From an uncultured Desulfosarcina sp. (lineage in GTDB: Bacteria > Desulfobacterota > Desulfobacteria > Desulfobacterales > Desulfosarcinaceae): a stretch of DNA of 64,000 bases. Every line of letters starts with the position of its first letter. Positions within the stretch are counted from its first letter, which is position 1. The stretch is from assembly GCA_963674945.2 (NCBI GenBank), contig CAXXWQ010000003.1:1-64000 (forward strand), given 5' to 3'. Below are positions 59,520 to 64,000 of the stretch, one piece after another. Under the pieces are notes generated by a model that was not told the DNA's origin, did not search any database, and worked only from the letters and a program-made list of their open reading frames with translations. Made by a program: the position numbers and the translations under genes.

Positions 59520-61943
59520 TTATGAATTCTCTATCCTTTCCATCAAAGCCTTGGCATCATCCTTCTCGCGATATTCCGATTCGTCTGCCAACGCCTTTTC
59601 CAGTCTCTCACGTGCTTCATCCAGTCGGTTGCTGTCCACGAAAACCTTAGCCAAATGGTAATTGATTACGCCGCTTTCCGGCTTTATCTCGAGGGCTTTT
59701 TCGAGGGATGTAACGGCCATCTCATGGTCGCCCTGTTTGTAATGGATCCATCCCAACGTATCCAAGACGGTCGGATCTCCCGGCCGGAGCGATTCGGCTT
59801 TTTCCGCAACTTCCAATGCACGTTCCAGGTCGCCCGGTCCGTTTGGATGTTCGACCAGCAGAAAGGCCAGGTTGTTGGCCGCTGCCCAGCGCTTTTCATC
59901 CGTTTCCAGTGCCTCTTCATAAACGGTTTTGGCCTTCTCGTGCTCGCCTTTTCTTTCATATAGAAAGGCAAGCGTCATGAAAGCGCCGGTATTCTTGCTG
60001 TTCTGAGAAATAGCCGACTTGAGGTTTTCGATGGCTTCATCGGTTTTACCCTGAGACAAATAGAGCCGAGCCAGGTTGTCATGGGGAACGTTCCATTGTG
60101 GATTGCATTCGATGGCTTTTTTCAGGGATGCCTCGGCCGCCACGGCGTCCTTGCCGGATAACTGTACCTGAGCCAACAGGTTGTAAACAAATGGGTTGTC
60201 CGGATAGACGGCGATCTTTTCATCACACAGTTTTTTTGCCTGGTCCAATCGTTTGTCTGCGATGTAAACCTTCACCAATGAAGTGATAACGGGCACTGAT
60301 TCAGGCATTTGCCGGTATCCCTTTTCCAGGATATCGATGGCCTTATCCCGGTTGACTTGGACTTCATGCAAACGCGCCAATTTCAGATACCCTGCCGGAA
60401 CCTTGGGCGCCTTGGCCACGATCCGGCTGTATTGTTCTCGGGCGGCGTCGTACTGCTTACGGGACAACTTGAAGTCACCCAGATCCCCGACTGCGCGAAG
60501 ATCCTCGGGATCGATCTCGATAATCTTTGCCAATTGTTCCTCTGCAGCGGCTTCATCCTTTTCGATGAGATAAAGCCGCGCCAACGCCCGTCGCAGTTTT
60601 TTATCTGTCGGATTGCTCCGTATTCCGGTCTTGAGGGCATCGATGGCCAAGGTTGTCTCCTTGTTCATCATATGGGCCTGGCCAAGCAACAGATGGCCGT
60701 TGACGTTTTCTGGCTTTTCGGCCACCACCGTGCGAAATGCGGTAACGGCATCGGCCGGCTTTTTCTTCGATAAAAGAATCTGTCCCTTGATATAATTGGC
60801 ATCCACACTTTTTGGTTCTTCCGCCAACACCTCGTCCACGAGGGCCTCGGCACGCTGCGTTTCCCTTTTCATCATATGGATCTGTGCCATCATGGTTTTG
60901 GCGGTCAGAATACCCGGATCCGACGGATCTCTGGAAAGGGAGAGACTCTGTGTAAGTGTTGACAAGGCCATATCCGGATCTTTCTTTATCAGATAGAGAT
61001 CGGCCAGGGCTTCTCTTAGCGTAAAGCTCGCAGGATTATCGGAAATTCCTTTTGTAAGCTGTTTCTCTGCCCTGTCCACCTCCTTTTGTCTCAGATAGAA
61101 TTTTGCCGCCGCAATGATATTCTTTTCTCTGGCAGCCTCCGTGTCATCTTCCTGTTCCAGGGCAGATAGTGCATCAATAACTTTTTCCGCCTTCTTTTTT
61201 TGCTCTGATTTCCAGTAGAAATCGGCCAAGGCCAATCGATAAGCGGCAATATCCGGATGCAAATCGATGTTCTCACACAAAAGAGTCTCTGCTTCTTTCT
61301 TTTTGTCGACTTTCATGTAGTGGTTTACCAGAACCAGGCGCAACGCCATGGCATCCGGATTCCTTTGAATTCCGTCGTTCAAGATCTTTTCGACGCCGGC
61401 GTTTTCCCCTTTCTTCTGTTCGATGGCTGCCAGCATTAAGAACAAATCCGGCGCAGTCTCCCCTTTTGCATGGAGTCTTTCCAGCAGGCTCTTGGCACCA
61501 TCGGTGTCTTTTTCCTTGATCATCAGCGAGGCACGAACCAATAGGGCGCTGCTGTTCTGCGGGTCCTTCTCCAGCACCAGTTCAATTTTTTCCCTTGCAC
61601 GGTCAATATCCCGGGCCGCCAAAAACATACGGGACAATTCCACATGGGCAGGCAAAAGATCCGGGTCGAGTTCCACCGCTTTTAGGAAATTGCCGTAGGC
61701 TCGCCTGATTTCTTTCTCCTCCATATCCACCCTGCCCAGCATATAGTACGCGTCGGCATACTTGGGATCGATCTGCAAGGCGTTCTTGAATTCCAGTTTG
61801 GCCTTAACGAAATCGGCTTCTTCGAACAAGGTTTGGCCCCGTTTGTAAAACTTTGCTCTTTTCTCTTCCTTTGAACCACATGAGACAGTCAGTCCCATCA
61901 TAATGAGAAGCAGCAACAGTGTGAACGCTTTTTTAATCATCAT
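59520..61943 (-). CDS. TPR-repeat lipoprotein (PrsT-like)
   Basis: Lipobox TVS-C; many TPRs; AANNLA, DTLGWI, YHLA. Confidence 0.85.
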   Translation of the reverse strand: MMIKKAFTLLLLLIMMGLTVSCGSKEEKRAKFYKRGQTLFEEADFVKAKLEFKNALQIDPKYADAYYMLGRVDMEEKEIRRAYGNFLKAVELDPDLLPAHVELSRMFLAARDIDRAREKIELVLEKDPQNSSALLVRASLMIKEKDTDGAKSLLERLHAKGETAPDLFLMLAAIEQKKGENAGVEKILNDGIQRNPDAMALRLVLVNHYMKVDKKKEAETLLCENIDLHPDIAAYRLALADFYWKSEQKKKAEKVIDALSALEQEDDTEAAREKNIIAAAKFYLRQKEVDRAEKQLTKGISDNPASFTLREALADLYLIKKDPDMALSTLTQSLSLSRDPSDPGILTAKTMMAQIHMMKRETQRAEALVDEVLAEEPKSVDANYIKGQILLSKKKPADAVTAFRTVVAEKPENVNGHLLLGQAHMMNKETTLAIDALKTGIRSNPTDKKLRRALARLYLIEKDEAAAEEQLAKIIEIDPEDLRAVGDLGDFKLSRKQYDAAREQYSRIVAKAPKVPAGYLKLARLHEVQVNRDKAIDILEKGYRQMPESVPVITSLVKVYIADKRLDQAKKLCDEKIAVYPDNPFVYNLLAQVQLSGKDAVAAEASLKKAIECNPQWNVPHDNLARLYLSQGKTDEAIENLKSAISQNSKNTGAFMTLAFLYERKGEHEKAKTVYEEALETDEKRWAAANNLAFLLVEHPNGPGDLERALEVAEKAESLRPGDPTVLDTLGWIHYKQGDHEMAVTSLEKALEIKPESGVINYHLAKVFVDSNRLDEARERLEKALADESEYREKDDAKALMERIENS

Positions 61944-62021
61944 TGCAATTCCTTTTGATAGTATCTTTGCCCTTTTATCCTGACAAGTCCCACGAACTAC
62001 TCCTGGTCTCCGGCTTATTTC

Positions 62022-62056
62022 GATCACTGATCACCACTCACTGATCACCGATCACT
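62022..62056 (-). repeat. Degenerate heptamer tandem repeat x5, inverted relative to 58402-58429
   Basis: Plus strand GATCACT GATCACC ACTCACT GATCACC GATCACT. Confidence 0.6.
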
Positions 62057-62066
62057 GGTTTTCCGT

Positions 62067-64000
62067 TTAATTCGCCACCCACCGTGGCTTCGGGCGACCG
62101 TCAAATGAGACGTCCTTTGAACCTTCATCCTCTGATCGACCTTTTCCTGCCTTACTTTCTCGCCGACAATCCAGGCTCTTTCGAAGCGAACCAGGGGCCG
62201 CTTTATCGCATCGATATCCGGGGACCAACTCGTAAAACAAAGCCAAAAGCGCCTTCTCGTTGCGCTCATGCACAAATCGTTCGATATGATGGACCGTATC
62301 CTGGATTTTTCCATGATTCATGTCGTCTGATTTTGCCGCTTTGATCCGTGGGTGGGTCGTTTGTGTCAATTCTTCTCCGGTATTAAACAACTCTTCGTAC
62401 ATTTTCTCACCGGGACGCAATCCTGTGTATTGAATGTCGACGTCCTCGCGAGGTCTTTTGCCGGAGAGCGTAATCAACTTCTCTGCAAGCTTTGCGATCT
62501 TTACCGGTCGGCCCATGTCCAGTACGAATATTTCCCCACCATTGCCCAAACAGCCGGTTTGCAGCACCAGTTGCACGGCTTCCGGAATGGTCATGAAAAA
62601 ACGCTCGATATCCGGATGGGTTACGGTTACCGGTCCTCCTTGCAGGATCTGCTTCTTGAATATCGGGATTACGCTGCCGGCACTGCCGAGTACGTTACCG
62701 AAACGAACGGTCATGAACTGTGTCGCGGCGTTTTGATTAAATGCCTGTACCACCATCTCGGCGATTCGCTTGGTCACTCCCATTACATTGGTGGGATTGA
62801 CGGCCTTGTCCGTCGAGATCATCACGAATCGCTGGACCTTTGCCGCAGCCGCCGCCCGGACCAAATGATACGTACCCAAAATATTGTTGTAGGCGGATTC
62901 AATGGGAGCGGCTTCCATCAACGGAACGTGTTTGTATGCGGCGGCATGGAAAATAATATCGACACCCTGCTGCTCGATCAAATGTCGGATGCCAGGCCCG
63001 TCGTTGATGGTCGAAATGACCGAATGCAATTTCAACGCTGGATAATTTCTGGCCAGTTCCAGTTGAAGATCGTACAGGCTGTTTTCCGAACGCTCCACCA
63101 CTACAAGTTTACCTGGTGCGTATCCGGCGATTTGGCGGCACAGCTCGGAGCCGATGGACCCGCCACCACCGGTGACCAAGACCACTTTGCCCTCTAAGAA
63201 AAAACGAATCTCGTTCATGTCGATGGTAACCGGTGGCCGCTCCAACAGATCTTCGATGCCGACTTCACGAATCTCACTGATACTCACCTTTCCCGATAAT
63301 ATATCCGTGACATGGGGAACGGTTTTGAATGGAATCTGAAGGGGGGTGAGCTCCTCCACCACCTGATCCACGGCTTTTCTGGCGGCCTCGGGCCAGCAGA
63401 AAACGATTGCCTTGGCCCCGCGAAGGCGTTTGGGTTTGTCCACCACCTGTTTGATGCTGTAAAGCGGCACGTCACTGATACGGGTGGCTACGTTGTAATT
63501 CAATTCCGGGTCCAAAATGGCGATGGGGTAATAGAGGCTGTCGGAATCGCTGATAAACTCCTTGAGAAGCGGTTGTACTTTGTTCAAAGGACCCACCAGG
63601 GCGATATGTTTGATGGTGTCCAATGGACGGGTCTGGATCAGATTCTCCCTGATGTTGCGGACGGCAAATCGAACGCCGCCGACCAGTACGGTGCACAAGA
63701 TCAATTCCAAAAAATAGTGACGGTCGCTGATGCAACCCCGTCCCCAGATCATGCCGAAACCATAGAATATCAGTGAGCTGATCGTCGTGGCACGGATAAT
63801 ATTGACCAGGTCCTCGAAACTTACATATCGCCAGTGGCCTTGGAATAGATCGTAAAATTCGTAAACCATCAGACGGATTCCGACCATGACCATCAATGGC
63901 ACAACCAGCACATCGTACAAACTCCAAAGTGCCTCCCAGCCTTCACAAAATATGAATGCGCCATAAAAACTCAGAGAAAAAAGAACGATATGAAAGGGAA
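62067..64000 (-). CDS. Nucleoside-diphosphate sugar epimerase/dehydratase (CapD/PglF/WbpM type), 5' truncated
   Basis: IEDLLER, VTGGGGSIGSELCRQ, HAAAYKHVP, STDKAVNPTNVMG.TK, RFGNVLGSAGSV, GLRPGEK; frame open to the window edge. Confidence 0.92.
   Translation of the reverse strand, partial: PFHIVLFSLSFYGAFIFCEGWEALWSLYDVLVVPLMVMVGIRLMVYEFYDLFQGHWRYVSFEDLVNIIRATTISSLIFYGFGMIWGRGCISDRHYFLELILCTVLVGGVRFAVRNIRENLIQTRPLDTIKHIALVGPLNKVQPLLKEFISDSDSLYYPIAILDPELNYNVATRISDVPLYSIKQVVDKPKRLRGAKAIVFCWPEAARKAVDQVVEELTPLQIPFKTVPHVTDILSGKVSISEIREVGIEDLLERPPVTIDMNEIRFFLEGKVVLVTGGGGSIGSELCRQIAGYAPGKLVVVERSENSLYDLQLELARNYPALKLHSVISTINDGPGIRHLIEQQGVDIIFHAAAYKHVPLMEAAPIESAYNNILGTYHLVRAAAAAKVQRFVMISTDKAVNPTNVMGVTKRIAEMVVQAFNQNAATQFMTVRFGNVLGSAGSVIPIFKKQILQGGPVTVTHPDIERFFMTIPEAVQLVLQTGCLGNGGEIFVLDMGRPVKIAKLAEKLITLSGKRPREDVDIQYTGLRPGEKMYEELFNTGEELTQTTHPRIKAAKSDDMNHGKIQDTVHHIERFVHERNEKALLALFYELVPGYRCDKAAPGSLRKSLDCRRESKAGKGRSEDEGSKDVSFDGRPKPRWVAN

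Noticed and set aside
1..64000. tRNA/rRNA genes, CRISPR arrays, retrons and known defence systems
   Set aside because: None recognised on reading; tRNAscan-SE, Infernal and DefenseFinder runs would be needed to exclude them formally

Overview
Chromosomal window whose gene content suggests a deltaproteobacterium (Desulfobacterales-like; this is an inference). (1) 1-8021: right arm of a Mu-like prophage. It carries baseplate gp46/gp47/gp48, a tail-fibre N-terminal protein, a 1355-aa lipoprotein cargo gene and a Dam-type methylase. It ends in two 17-bp end repeats and a terminal CA, and sits in an integrase remnant with an IS4 remnant next to it. (2) About 8.6-50.5 kb: a phosphorus-starvation-type island. 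It holds an uncharacterised amidoligase-like/PSD-like/Lgt-like/DUF2062 operon, alkaline phosphatase with YibE/F, two VPxPG-CTERM proteins, a CBS-histidine kinase/c-di-GMP module, a polyphosphate cluster (ppx, CHAD, ParA, CYTH, NUDIX, USP, sixA, ppk1, several Lys-rich microproteins), an intact IS66 with an 8-bp TSD, a 2-aminoethylphosphonate uptake and catabolism operon, and arsC. Nearly every promoter here carries an oriented 11-bp-period YTAAY direct repeat (Pho-box-like). Four intergenic sites share a covarying RNA hairpin motif. (3) 50.7-64 kb: a PEP-CTERM/exosortase-type exopolysaccharide locus. Several genes are frameshifted, interrupted or fused. Best novelty candidates: a putative phosphorus-free thioether aminolipid pathway (8.9-14.0 kb), the repeated RNA motif, and a ParA-CHAD polyphosphate-granule module.
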